Source: Candidatus Ozemobacteraceae bacterium
GTDB taxonomy: Bacteria; Muiribacteriota; Ozemobacteria; Ozemobacterales; Ozemobacteraceae
Direction: 5' to 3'
NCBI GenBank assembly: GCA_965140445.1
Contig: OZ223236.1
Location: 416,001 to 480,000 of the forward strand
Length of the DNA: 64,000 nucleotides
Shown here: piece by piece, positions 10,501-19,366 of the stretch
How positions within the stretch are numbered: position 1 is the first letter of the stretch
Layout of the letters: each line of letters begins with the position of its first letter
Notes under the pieces: generated by a model
The model's database searches: none
What the model saw: only the letters and a program-made list of their open reading frames with translations
What the model was told of the DNA's origin: nothing
Translations under genes and position numbers: made by a program

Positions 10501-13500
10501 CAATGGTCCATAGTTTTCAGGATCAAAGGTAAGATCGGGTATAACCGTAAATTTTAAATCTGTTAAATCCTGATTACCGATTCCCACAAACTCTACAGTA
10601 TAAGAAGCACTAACTCCTCCCGGCTCAATTACTCCGAGATCTATCAGGTCGTCTGTAACAATTGCTTTTGCAATTGATGGTACTCTTACAATAGCTTGAA
10701 CCAGATCATGAGCCTCTTTAACGTCTAATGTGCCAGAAAAGTTCTGATCATCATATATAGCCATTGTAGCAATATAATTCCCTGCTGGCTGGTGGAAAGG
10801 CACCTCGAAGCGAGAGCTGATTATAGTGCTGGTAGTGGTAGCGATAGTAATCGGTAAATCTGGAGCAATCTCAAGATATGAACCAGAAAGAGTTTCAGTA
10901 GCAGTTTTTCTTAAGCTTACTTTTGCGAATTCCACTGTATCAAGAGATCTGTTTCCGGTATTTGTAACAAGCGTTTCAAGCAGATCACTTGTATTGCCCG
11001 GCTCAATATAGCCAAAATCCCAGACATCAGAGGCCAGATCAATTGATTTTTGGAAAATTCTAATAGGATTATTACAGTTAGTCACTGGCGAATAAAGACT
11101 TGCACGGCTATTATCGTCATAAAGCCTTATAGCGCTTGCAGGAGCTCTGATAGAGCAACTTCCTACCAATCCAGAATCTGTTAACGCAACCATAGGCATG
11201 GCAAAAGTGTAAGAAGCACCAGAAGGCAACGAAAACCATCCGCGCGCTGGCAAAGCAGGATTACTAACCGTTCCCTGGCTACCCGCCAGATATTGAAAAT
11301 TGAAGTTTTGCAAATACACCCTGACATTTGTTGTCCATGTTGAATTATTGGTAATTGTAAAATTGGCATAAAAATCATCATTTACATAGTATTCAGGAGC
11401 GCCCAAATCCAGATCCACAGTAAAAGTAGCTGCCATCATCACGTCAAAAAATTGAACGCCAAGAATATTTCCAATTGTCATGGGATCACCGTCTAAATCA
11501 TCGTCAACAACTACCATCCATCTGTTTATAGCTGGGGTATTGGCCGGAATATCATGGAAATGGGAAACAACTCCATCTACGCCGGAATTTAATGGGGTTA
11601 GAATCCCAACACCGGGACCAGTTGGGGGATATGGTTCAGTACTTTCATAGAATCTCATGCGAACATCGGTATTTAGTGGCAGTCCTGAAGCTTTCGCATA
11701 AATAGTTGTTCCATCATTGAAAGAATACTGTTCCTGGCTCAAAGCTGAATTTCGATAACACTCAATCCTAACCAGCTGGATTTCCCATGATTTGGTTTTG
11801 TCCGTTACGGTAACAGGGCTTGGATTATTCACATCACTAAATCTAATCCTGCCAGTCAGTGTTGCCATTCCGGCAGGTGCATTAGTATTGATGTTTACAT
11901 TAAATACGTATGTTGCAATAGTATTTCCAGGCAAAATTGCCGGAATTGTCGGAGAAGCTATGGTGTAACTTCCAAAACCTGGTGTAAAAAGCAACTGCGC
12001 CAGATCAATAAGAGCATCGGCTTCTCCTGAATTTTCGATTGGCATTAAAACTTCGATATTATGCTGCTCGATGTAAACGATGCTTGGCGTGGCAATCAAA
12101 TCGTTAATAGTAACGTTGGCTGGAGTCTGAATTAGACAGTTTGCGGAGGTGGCGTATTCTGCAACCAAAGGCTCAAGACTATTGCCATCAAAACCCGCTG
12201 CGTTTCCTGAAATTGTGAACAAACCCGGGTTAGTTGCTAAAAATTGCCAGGTGGTAGTTGCAGTAGATTCTCCCGGAACCTCAACTGAAGCAGGCAAAGG
12301 TCCAGAAAGAGTTGTTACCGTTCCTGGACCGGTTTCAGTGAGAGCAGATGGAACCATTCCCGTAGCTGCCGCACCGCCAATATTGATTAATCCCATGTCT
12401 CCATTGAAAGTCTGCCCAACTGAAACTTTTTCGGGCAAAACAAGCTCCGCGCTGACAGATGCACTGGTAACAACTCTGAACCCGGTCTGCGCAGGAGAAA
12501 AAGTGTTTACTGGATTAGTAATTTTAACGTTGTAGACGCCGTAGTCAGTATATGGGTTGATTCGCCATTCGGCAGAAAGAGTTCCCGAAGGGTCTGAAAA
12601 GCCGATAGTCGTGGAACCAATGATTTCCGTTCCCGAAGCGTCATACCATCTAATTGCATATTCTTTCAGTGGAGCCAGATTCTCTGCAAGGGCAAAGACT
12701 TTTACAGTGCCAATTTCTGGTCTGGTAAAACTAGTGGTTGGGTATAAAAATGACGGATCTGTGTAGGTGAGAATTTTCTCAGCCAAAATTGTCCATTCAC
12801 CGGGAGATGCTGCCCCTGAAGCATTCAGAACCGTTCCCACGTTTCCATCAAATCCGGTTACGTCTGCATCTATTATGGCTGTTCCGGTTGGTGTGTCTTC
12901 TGCAATTGAAACAAGGACTTTCACGAACTTGCTGTCGCCACCATTGATAGAAACAGGCATGGTTTGACCTGGAATCATGGCAGTATAACTTCCCAGAGTA
13001 AAGTATAGAGGGGAAGATCCTATCAGGCCTTCAGCTTCACCAAGATTGAAAATTTCGACCTCAACTTCGACGTTTCCCTGGCCACGATAAACCGGATCAG
13101 GGTTAACAATCTCACCTACAGAAAGCTCTGCCGGGGATTGAATGATCCAGGAATCCCGTGTCAAAGCAGCACTCGAATCTGTGATCATACCAGGAACCCA
13201 GCCGTTTGTGGCAGATGCTGTCCCGCTAATGTAAGCCAAACCAGATGGAGAATCCGGCAAAACGGCCACCGTAAAACTGACAATTTTTGTTTCATTTGGG
13301 TGAATGACCGGAATATAGCCAGGCCTAAGCTGTGACTGAGGAATGGCTGCTTTCGGAGTAGAAGGACTGGACCAGCTTAGAATAGCTCTTGAGTTACCAG
13401 TTCTTTCATAAAACTCAAAAACCACAGGAATTTTAACGCCTGCAGTACAATTTATGGTTCCACTTCTTTCGGCATTCCCGTTACTCCATCTATCTACCAG

Positions 13501-16476
13501 CAATTGCCCGTCGACCCAAAGGCGGGAACCATCATCTGTGTAAGCATAGAAAGTGTAGGTCTCAGTAAATTGTGGAATAATATATCCAGACCATCTCGCG
13601 CCGTAGTAATCGTTTCCGAGCACTGCAAAGGGGGTTCCCCCGACCCAGTAGTTATCCACGTTATTATCTACCTGAGTTATAACTGGGGGTTCAATCAAGT
13701 TATTGGTTGAGGTATCGGTGGTGAAATACTCGGCATACAAACCTTGAACAGCAGGTGAAAATGTAACTTCCGGGCTCCATGAATAATTACCCAGAGTAAA
13801 AGTTAGCGACGCCCCATTAAGGGTCATGGGAACATATCCTGAAGTATTGGTTATGTGCAATGCAACGGGAATTCCGCCTTGCCCCTTATTTACTTTGTCA
13901 AATGCCGTCTCAGCTTTTGTAATTTCGAGATTTGCTCTTTCTCTGATTCTGTAGCTGCTGTTTACAAGGGCTGCTGAACTGGTTAGAGTCGCCACACCAT
14001 CCCCAGCTTCTGCATAACCATCAACATAGGTCCAGTTATCCAGATTCCCAGAATTTGTGGCAACGGTAATTGAAAAAAGCATCGAAGCCGAAGCTTCTGG
14101 GGCAATCCCGGTGGATAGTGGGCTAATTCTATTCCAGCTCTGACTTGCTGTTGCTGGAGTAAAAGTTAAGGATGCTATTTTTGCATCTAAGGAGCTGGAA
14201 AAATGATTGCTCAAAGTAAAAGTAGCAATCATGGTCTGCCCCTGTGAGACATCTTGTCCATCTTTATCATTGATTGTTTCATCAATGGTTATATAACCAA
14301 CGTTAAGCTTAATTCTATCGACAGAAGGAGTGTCTCCGGCATTGGCCTTTTTAAGCACCAGTCTATACTGTAAATATCTATCATTGGGTAAGCTAAGCGC
14401 AATTGATGAAGAAGCGGCTGTTAGATTGGAAGCCAGCAAATGAGTTAAATTCCAATCCGGCAAGTTTAAATCAGCACCGGTGCGAACATACAAATCAACT
14501 GCTCCTGCACCAGAGATTGTATACTCAAGACTGCCCCAGGTTGGATCGGTACTTTTCCCATCAAAAATTCTGGAATCATAATGCGCAACAGTTGTTAAAC
14601 CAGCCATTGAACACAGGTTTGTGGGGTCCACGTAAGTATTATCAAAGCGCCATGAGTAGCAGGATTGAAAATGATGTATCGGATTTTGGCCAGTCCCGTC
14701 TCTAAGCGGCGAGGCTCTCAAATCTCCCGAGTTATCGGTAATTCTCAGCCATCGGTTTCCATCGGTTGCGCTGATCCCTGCTGTGTGGTGCGGAGGGACA
14801 TTTACTGGATTGTCCCCTGAGCTTGAAGGCACTCCCCAAAGAGCATTGAAATTGAGGGTTCCATACTTAAACGTTACATCTCCCTGGGCATACAAAATTG
14901 TCTGAAACAAGTAGATTTCATTTGTGCTGTTAAAGCGGTTCGCGCTCCAGGTATAAATTTCTCTGTGGCGATACTGGTTTCCAGTGTCACGACGGTAATA
15001 ATACAGTCCGGCATCGCTAGGAACAGTGTCATTGACCATAAGATTGGCCCAGAGCGGGGCAATAAAATGATTGCCATTAGCGCCTGAAAACTCTCCCCAG
15101 GTGTTGTTTGGCTGTGAATAGGGCAAAAATGAGATATATCCATTTGCCGACAGGCTTATTGTGTCGGTAGCATAATCAAAAAATGGAAAAGTAAATCCCA
15201 TGGTTCTTGTGCCAAACTCATCATCAGCTGGGCTCGGGGGATTAGGAATCAGTCTGTAAGTATTGCTTGTTGAATACCATTCAGTCTGACCACGAATCAG
15301 TTTACGGGAAAACCACGGAGTGTAGTCAAATTGTGAAGTTAAAGTGCAGCTGGTCTTAAAATCGTAGGTTGGAGCGGATGCAGATGGGTTTGCGTAATAA
15401 ACCCAATATGTATCCCATAAGTTGTAATATTGGCTAACAATAAAATGAACGTCAAATGATGTAACCCAGGTCCCATCGTTGGTTTCACCCATAACGACCG
15501 AGGGAACTTCATGGCCGTATTCATCAGCAATCCTTGCTTCTGCGGCAGCTCTGCCCGCACTGATTTGACCGGCAGGAACAGTCACCGTATACCGGCAAGG
15601 TGCGTTAAGCTTGGTTCCATAGTAATTCAAGTCAATTCCAGATCTAAGCCTGATCGGCTGCCGCATTCGCCAAAAACCACCACCTGAGTTTTGAAAGTCA
15701 AATGGCGCAACTCCACCAACAGCTTTTGGGGCTGCCATAGTACGATTTGGCGAGTTATTAAAGTAAGTTGACGAGGCATTGTCTTCAAATGGAATATTCA
15801 CATCAATATAGAATGGAAGCGAGTCACAAATAGCTATCCATCTATTGTTATTTGGAGTTCCATAATAGTCAGGTCTGCCAATAAGAATTTCAAGGTAATA
15901 TGGGCCGCCTTCAGGAATGCTCACATCTCTCTGGTATCTTAAAAGCTGATTATTAGAAAAGCTAACAGCGCCATAATTTGAGCCACCTAGCGGAGTAGTT
16001 CTAATTCTATAATAGGTATTAGTCCAGGCTGCTGGGTATGGCCGCCATGAACCATAGAATCGGTCTGTAATCCCATGGGTAAAAATATGGCTGTCGGTAA
16101 GATTCATCACGGGAATAAACCGCATACCTTCTTCTGAATCTGTTGAGATGAGACTATCGCTGCCCACCGCTCTGATTGTGTAATAGAATTCCTGCTCATA
16201 GGAGTAACCCGGTGTATTATCATTAAAAGCCGTTGTATATCCAACCAATCCAACGGGAACTTCAGCACCAGAAGTTGTGCTTCGGCAAATTTGATAGTTT
16301 GTAACGTAACCTGCAGGATTGGCCGGGTTATGGGTCCAGCTTATTCGGTTATAGGTAGCATAAGACTGAACATAAGTGTTAATCGGTGGCTCGGGTTGGG
16401 CATAAGCCAGGCTTGAGAAAATTAAATTCAGAAAGCCGATTAAAAAGAGACTAAGAAGTAGTTTTCTGGGTTTCAT
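7570..16476 (-). CDS. Giant secreted/surface protein: FN3-like N-terminus, NIDO-like region, PA14 domain and many Ig-like modules with DxNxNGxxD Ca-binding loops
   Basis: Signal peptide; PA14 motif GLYAEYF...YGARWSGYIIPQFTETYTFYAYTDDGSRLWVDG; repeated N.G...L and (W/Y/F)(E/D)D.N.NG..D..E. Confidence 0.8.
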   Translation of the reverse strand: MKPRKLLLSLFLIGFLNLIFSSLAYAQPEPPINTYVQSYATYNRISWTHNPANPAGYVTNYQICRSTTSGAEVPVGLVGYTTAFNDNTPGYSYEQEFYYTIRAVGSDSLISTDSEEGMRFIPVMNLTDSHIFTHGITDRFYGSWRPYPAAWTNTYYRIRTTPLGGSNYGAVSFSNNQLLRYQRDVSIPEGGPYYLEILIGRPDYYGTPNNNRWIAICDSLPFYIDVNIPFEDNASSTYFNNSPNRTMAAPKAVGGVAPFDFQNSGGGFWRMRQPIRLRSGIDLNYYGTKLNAPCRYTVTVPAGQISAGRAAAEARIADEYGHEVPSVVMGETNDGTWVTSFDVHFIVSQYYNLWDTYWVYYANPSASAPTYDFKTSCTLTSQFDYTPWFSRKLIRGQTEWYSTSNTYRLIPNPPSPADDEFGTRTMGFTFPFFDYATDTISLSANGYISFLPYSQPNNTWGEFSGANGNHFIAPLWANLMVNDTVPSDAGLYYYRRDTGNQYRHREIYTWSANRFNSTNEIYLFQTILYAQGDVTFKYGTLNFNALWGVPSSSGDNPVNVPPHHTAGISATDGNRWLRITDNSGDLRASPLRDGTGQNPIHHFQSCYSWRFDNTYVDPTNLCSMAGLTTVAHYDSRIFDGKSTDPTWGSLEYTISGAGAVDLYVRTGADLNLPDWNLTHLLASNLTAASSSIALSLPNDRYLQYRLVLKKANAGDTPSVDRIKLNVGYITIDETINDKDGQDVSQGQTMIATFTLSNHFSSSLDAKIASLTFTPATASQSWNRISPLSTGIAPEASASMLFSITVATNSGNLDNWTYVDGYAEAGDGVATLTSSAALVNSSYRIRERANLEITKAETAFDKVNKGQGGIPVALHITNTSGYVPMTLNGASLTFTLGNYSWSPEVTFSPAVQGLYAEYFTTDTSTNNLIEPPVITQVDNNVDNYWVGGTPFAVLGNDYYGARWSGYIIPQFTETYTFYAYTDDGSRLWVDGQLLVDRWSNGNAERSGTINCTAGVKIPVVFEFYERTGNSRAILSWSSPSTPKAAIPQSQLRPGYIPVIHPNETKIVSFTVAVLPDSPSGLAYISGTASATNGWVPGMITDSSAALTRDSWIIQSPAELSVGEIVNPDPVYRGQGNVEVEVEIFNLGEAEGLIGSSPLYFTLGSYTAMIPGQTMPVSINGGDSKFVKVLVSIAEDTPTGTAIIDADVTGFDGNVGTVLNASGAASPGEWTILAEKILTYTDPSFLYPTTSFTRPEIGTVKVFALAENLAPLKEYAIRWYDASGTEIIGSTTIGFSDPSGTLSAEWRINPYTDYGVYNVKITNPVNTFSPAQTGFRVVTSASVSAELVLPEKVSVGQTFNGDMGLINIGGAAATGMVPSALTETGPGTVTTLSGPLPASVEVPGESTATTTWQFLATNPGLFTISGNAAGFDGNSLEPLVAEYATSANCLIQTPANVTINDLIATPSIVYIEQHNIEVLMPIENSGEADALIDLAQLLFTPGFGSYTIASPTIPAILPGNTIATYVFNVNINTNAPAGMATLTGRIRFSDVNNPSPVTVTDKTKSWEIQLVRIECYRNSALSQEQYSFNDGTTIYAKASGLPLNTDVRMRFYESTEPYPPTGPGVGILTPLNSGVDGVVSHFHDIPANTPAINRWMVVVDDDLDGDPMTIGNILGVQFFDVMMAATFTVDLDLGAPEYYVNDDFYANFTITNNSTWTTNVRVYLQNFNFQYLAGSQGTVSNPALPARGWFSLPSGASYTFAMPMVALTDSGLVGSCSIRAPASAIRLYDDNSRASLYSPVTNCNNPIRIFQKSIDLASDVWDFGYIEPGNTSDLLETLVTNTGNRSLDTVEFAKVSLRKTATETLSGSYLEIAPDLPITIATTTSTIISSRFEVPFHQPAGNYIATMAIYDDQNFSGTLDVKEAHDLVQAIVRVPSIAKAIVTDDLIDLGVIEPGGVSASYTVEFVGIGNQDLTDLKFTVIPDLTFDPENYGPLAFNGFGSASLWINVPATMTPGVYEATGTLYDDISGGASDSFTIRWSVGTQSLALLPDIFEYGFGTPTFDLPTQFTDIENTGQVPLSKLIGSSLEFVNIEQPGLVGTDNIALNSPLFIGTGLVSAASAAVYVPGGTGTGTYLATYTWFEDLNANGIMDSFEPRDIGVASFVVESFYRLYSLKTTEDFGGVKPGTVKLISVGFRNAGSLPISEVRYEIASLTDGTSFFDVANISVTPDPSLSINAGELRYVDVTADVPSLHSLGIFTGNMTIYADVNTNGTRDPDEAFCTLLLRIEIGDQEITLVSPPQINLSGAAASQTNSVFVSLKNTGSLTLSRVKVETTELTPVVPGTNIASTAFSFNPSRDIGPMVLTQTKTISTSVNIPVGQPPGTYTGVLWAWEDSNDDNIIQAGETATSVPVVLSANYIKALKLVPNTVNFGIMARGDIASAGFLAQNIGNSALLDARYSKQPLVAGAGTINTSQITIIPDPIGAMVTPPPGFPVSEISTISVLIPNGAVDGSYVGSMTFYEDDFNPGLNTFDSGTESNANLLVQLQVVTPFVAVNPDPITFAAMDPLGWTATKSLEISNSGLITFKHLKFTMTDLVNGGNIIPVASISILPTIFPALAPSAIEQASVSVNVDSFTTPPGLYSGTLSFWDDRNNNDVKDSWETVTNVDVNLPINSYSALDIIPATFDAGKIARGTFSTIYEIPFRNTGNVNISGLTWSKTSLASGSEFIPIASLSFGFAQPEPILPGEYATATLQIGRISVELTLGEYGPGTQLLTGGSPPSDVMDLKCEIIPGGPQGLNKGSLYQEIATLTFPAFPAASGSYILSGYICPGSGSARIGFLLTDEVGITTGYQGVEVDSLGNINAIPPTAVVGSTEKTLNGYSISGASNLWYRVFLRFPYRYNPLIASKTYILIENTSVDGSGKATYVDAIKLEEVTQKQDYPTSYHPDAVIFSTKDDLDIKGESKYYEW

Positions 16477-16543
16477 AGCAAGCTATACTGGTTCGTAAAA
16501 AGCCACTTTAGTAGCTAAAAAGTCTAAACCACTCCTCTTTTGT

Positions 16544-17323
16544 TTAGTCATCAGATTTCTCATCTGGTTCTAATCGAGCATAATTTTTAATGCCTGCATT
16601 GCCAGAATCCGGATTTTTATCTTTGATATTTTTCATCTTTTCAATTAGAGAAAAAACGCTTACCAAAACCAGTTTATTAAACAATTTAAAAAACATCCAT
16701 AAAAAAACCAATAGAAAAACGGTAAAAACAACAAGAGCTGCAGGTCCTTTAAATAAGCGCTTAAACCGACTTTTAAGGATCTGAAACCTATAAGGGACTG
16801 ATTCCATGAACTCAAGTTTAGCTCTTTCCAGATGAAATTCTGCAAGCTTTTCAGATTTTTTCTTTAAAGATGATTCTAGCAGCACTTTATGAATTATTGG
16901 AGATTCATGGCTCTGCAAATAAATCCTGGCAGCCTTTTCAGCCTCTTTTTCATAACCTGTATACCAATAGCACTGGATAATGAATTCTTCTAATTCCGGT
17001 GAAAAAAAACGAAGTTTGTTTCTGAGTTGTATGGCTCGAATCAAACCAGCTTCTGTTGGCATCAATCCTACTATTTCTTTTAGCTCAGTTTGAATTTCAG
17101 CACTATTCATCTGCGATTCAGCTATTTTTTGGCTTTCCAGCTTTTTTTTATTCTGCAATCTTTGTGCAGCACGAATTTTTGCAGCAGCCGCTCTTTTTTG
17201 TTCAATTGTCTTTGCCGCAGCCTGTTCGCGTTGGAGCTTTCTCACAAAATCCGGATTTTTTGCACAGACAACCGTTGCCAATGAAAAAACAAAAATATAT
17301 AAAATTGCCAGGCCCCGGTTCAA
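16544..17323 (-). CDS. Membrane-anchored helical hypothetical protein
   Basis: Signal peptide, coiled-coil/helical body, C-terminal TM helix. Confidence 0.65.
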   Translation of the reverse strand: MNRGLAILYIFVFSLATVVCAKNPDFVRKLQREQAAAKTIEQKRAAAAKIRAAQRLQNKKKLESQKIAESQMNSAEIQTELKEIVGLMPTEAGLIRAIQLRNKLRFFSPELEEFIIQCYWYTGYEKEAEKAARIYLQSHESPIIHKVLLESSLKKKSEKLAEFHLERAKLEFMESVPYRFQILKSRFKRLFKGPAALVVFTVFLLVFLWMFFKLFNKLVLVSVFSLIEKMKNIKDKNPDSGNAGIKNYARLEPDEKSDD

Positions 17324-17456
17324 AACTCTACTCCCAGTTTTTATCGAAAAATTATGCTAACACAAAAATTCAAAAAGGTTACAAATTGATACGGAAAATA
17401 GTTAGGGGGGTAACAGAAAAACGTGAGAAAGGAACTAATGATTTTACAACAGGTGC

Positions 17457-18116
17457 CTAAAATTCAGTGTATTTAAAGAAATTTGCGTCGCTTTCGTAAT
17501 CTGTTCTTCGCCAATTAACGATTTTTAAAATTTTGCGAACCGAGTCAATGCTTATTTCAGCAATCATTTGAAATTTAAAAGTATTTTGAATTGTCCCGTC
17601 GGTTGCCCATTCCAGATAGTTGCCCTGCGATTTCACAAAAAATCGATTTGGATCAATGGCATTACTACCGTTATTTGCAGGAAAACTTATTGCTCTAAAT
17701 TGATATGGCTTATCTGCGGCATCATCAGTATCTAAAAAATCCATATCTTCATCTACAAAAATCCAGTCGGTATCAATAAGCCTACTATAATTTGCTTCGG
17801 TTTTATCAGATATTGTTCCCCAGATTGCATCAATATTGGTTTTATCATTAACGAGATATGGACGCTGCTTTTCAAATCCAGACTTAAAAGTCTCTCGAGT
17901 GGATTGCATAATAGCCACAGCGTATTCAATCCCACTGAAGGCAGCATCCATTGCTCGATCTGTGTAATCAATGGCTTCAACAACCTGACTTTCTGTCTGT
18001 ACAACTTTCATAAAAGCCATGGAAATACTCATCAGTAAACTAAGAATAACGACAGCTACCACAGTACCAACCATGCCAGATTTGTTTTTAAATTGTTTTA
18101 TTTTCATATCACCCAC
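17457..18116 (-). CDS. PilX/GspK-like minor pilin
   Basis: KSG|MVGTVVAVVILSLL prepilin-like N-terminus without Glu5; A...AFSGIEYA PilX-N-like motif. Confidence 0.65.
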   Translation of the reverse strand: MGDMKIKQFKNKSGMVGTVVAVVILSLLMSISMAFMKVVQTESQVVEAIDYTDRAMDAAFSGIEYAVAIMQSTRETFKSGFEKQRPYLVNDKTNIDAIWGTISDKTEANYSRLIDTDWIFVDEDMDFLDTDDAADKPYQFRAISFPANNGSNAIDPNRFFVKSQGNYLEWATDGTIQNTFKFQMIAEISIDSVRKILKIVNWRRTDYESDANFFKYTEF

Positions 18117-18741
18117 CTGGAACCAGAAAAGTAAAGGTTTGGCTTGCTACTGCTTCAAGTTCAAAGTCCCCGGTTAAATCATCCTGAACTTCTCTACCTA
18201 TTAAAAGATGCACTTTCAAGGTCTTTTCCGTTTCCCGATAAACCTTAAAATCCATAACTCTTCTGGCGATAACAGCATTATAATGTCTGGCAAAGAAAAT
18301 AGTATTAGCGGACAAGCCATCATCAATTCCAGTGTCATCAATTGTTTTACCAGCTCCAACAGCCTGGATTTTCTTAACCAGCACCTTATTTGGATCAACC
18401 ATGACAAGAAATTTAGCTTCTGTTTCCTGACCTTGTCGATTCTTAATATTATTTGCAAATATGATCGAATCCGATGCATTACCAACAAGTGGAGCTCCTA
18501 TTTCTGTAGTGCTTAACAGGTCTCGTTTAAGACATTCATAAACCATGCGGCTATAGTTGCTGGCATCCATTTTTTCCTGGCCTTTTTTCCATGCAATACC
18601 GCTGTAATTAACAAAATTAAGCATACCGAACATCATCATTGCCATCATCACTGTGGAAATGATCACCTCGATTAAAGTAAATCCCTTATTTTTACCAGGC
18701 AACATCGGTTTCATCCTCAAAATCGTCATCTTCGGGAGCAC
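18109..18741 (-). CDS. PilW/GspJ-like minor pilin
   Basis: KG|FTLIEVII N-methylation motif. Confidence 0.8.
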   Translation of the reverse strand: MLPKMTILRMKPMLPGKNKGFTLIEVIISTVMMAMMMFGMLNFVNYSGIAWKKGQEKMDASNYSRMVYECLKRDLLSTTEIGAPLVGNASDSIIFANNIKNRQGQETEAKFLVMVDPNKVLVKKIQAVGAGKTIDDTGIDDGLSANTIFFARHYNAVIARRVMDFKVYRETEKTLKVHLLIGREVQDDLTGDFELEAVASQTFTFLVPGG

Positions 18742-19363
18742 TATAGGATTCCGAGCTCATTACACCAAAGGCCCCTACATTAATTCTTATTGCAGCATTG
18801 CCATAAGAGAATACCAGATAATTCTCCCCTAATGGAAAAACGTTAGACTCAACAAGTAAACCAGAAGGATCACTTCTGGTAACTAAGGTTCCATCTGGCC
18901 AGAAAAAGATGCATCTGCGAAAGGGAGAACCGCTGTCTCTTATTAATTCCAGCCCAGGATCAATATCCACTTCTTCTTCAGAAAGAATTGATTTCCATTG
19001 ATCCGATTCATAATCTTCAACCTCTGCTGCAACCGCTGATACAGAACTAATTAGTATATCATTGTTTCCATCTTCATCGTCGCGTCTATAAGCCTGAACC
19101 TTATAATTTAGATAGTCCGGGCTAAAAATCAAACGATGGGGAGACTGATCTTTAAGGGCCTTGTATCTTGCCAATCTGATATCTTGGACCAGTCGCTGTG
19201 ACATTGCTCCTACACGTTGCCCAGCATAATAATTGTCTATTGCAGGCAAAACGACACTGCTGACAATTGAAATAATGGCCAGAACCGTCATAATCTCCAT
19301 GAGAGTATGGGCTGCTCTTGTGTTACTGAATTTATACCTAGTTGATATCATAATTTTTTGCAA
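18692..19363 (-). CDS. FimT/GspH-like minor pilin
   Basis: RAA|HTLMEIM...LPAI...L.QDIRLAR..A...IFFWPDG pattern. Confidence 0.75.
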   Translation of the reverse strand: MQKIMISTRYKFSNTRAAHTLMEIMTVLAIISIVSSVVLPAIDNYYAGQRVGAMSQRLVQDIRLARYKALKDQSPHRLIFSPDYLNYKVQAYRRDDEDGNNDILISSVSAVAAEVEDYESDQWKSILSEEEVDIDPGLELIRDSGSPFRRCIFFWPDGTLVTRSDPSGLLVESNVFPLGENYLVFSYGNAAIRINVGAFGVMSSESYSAPEDDDFEDETDVAW

Positions 19364-19366
19364 TCT

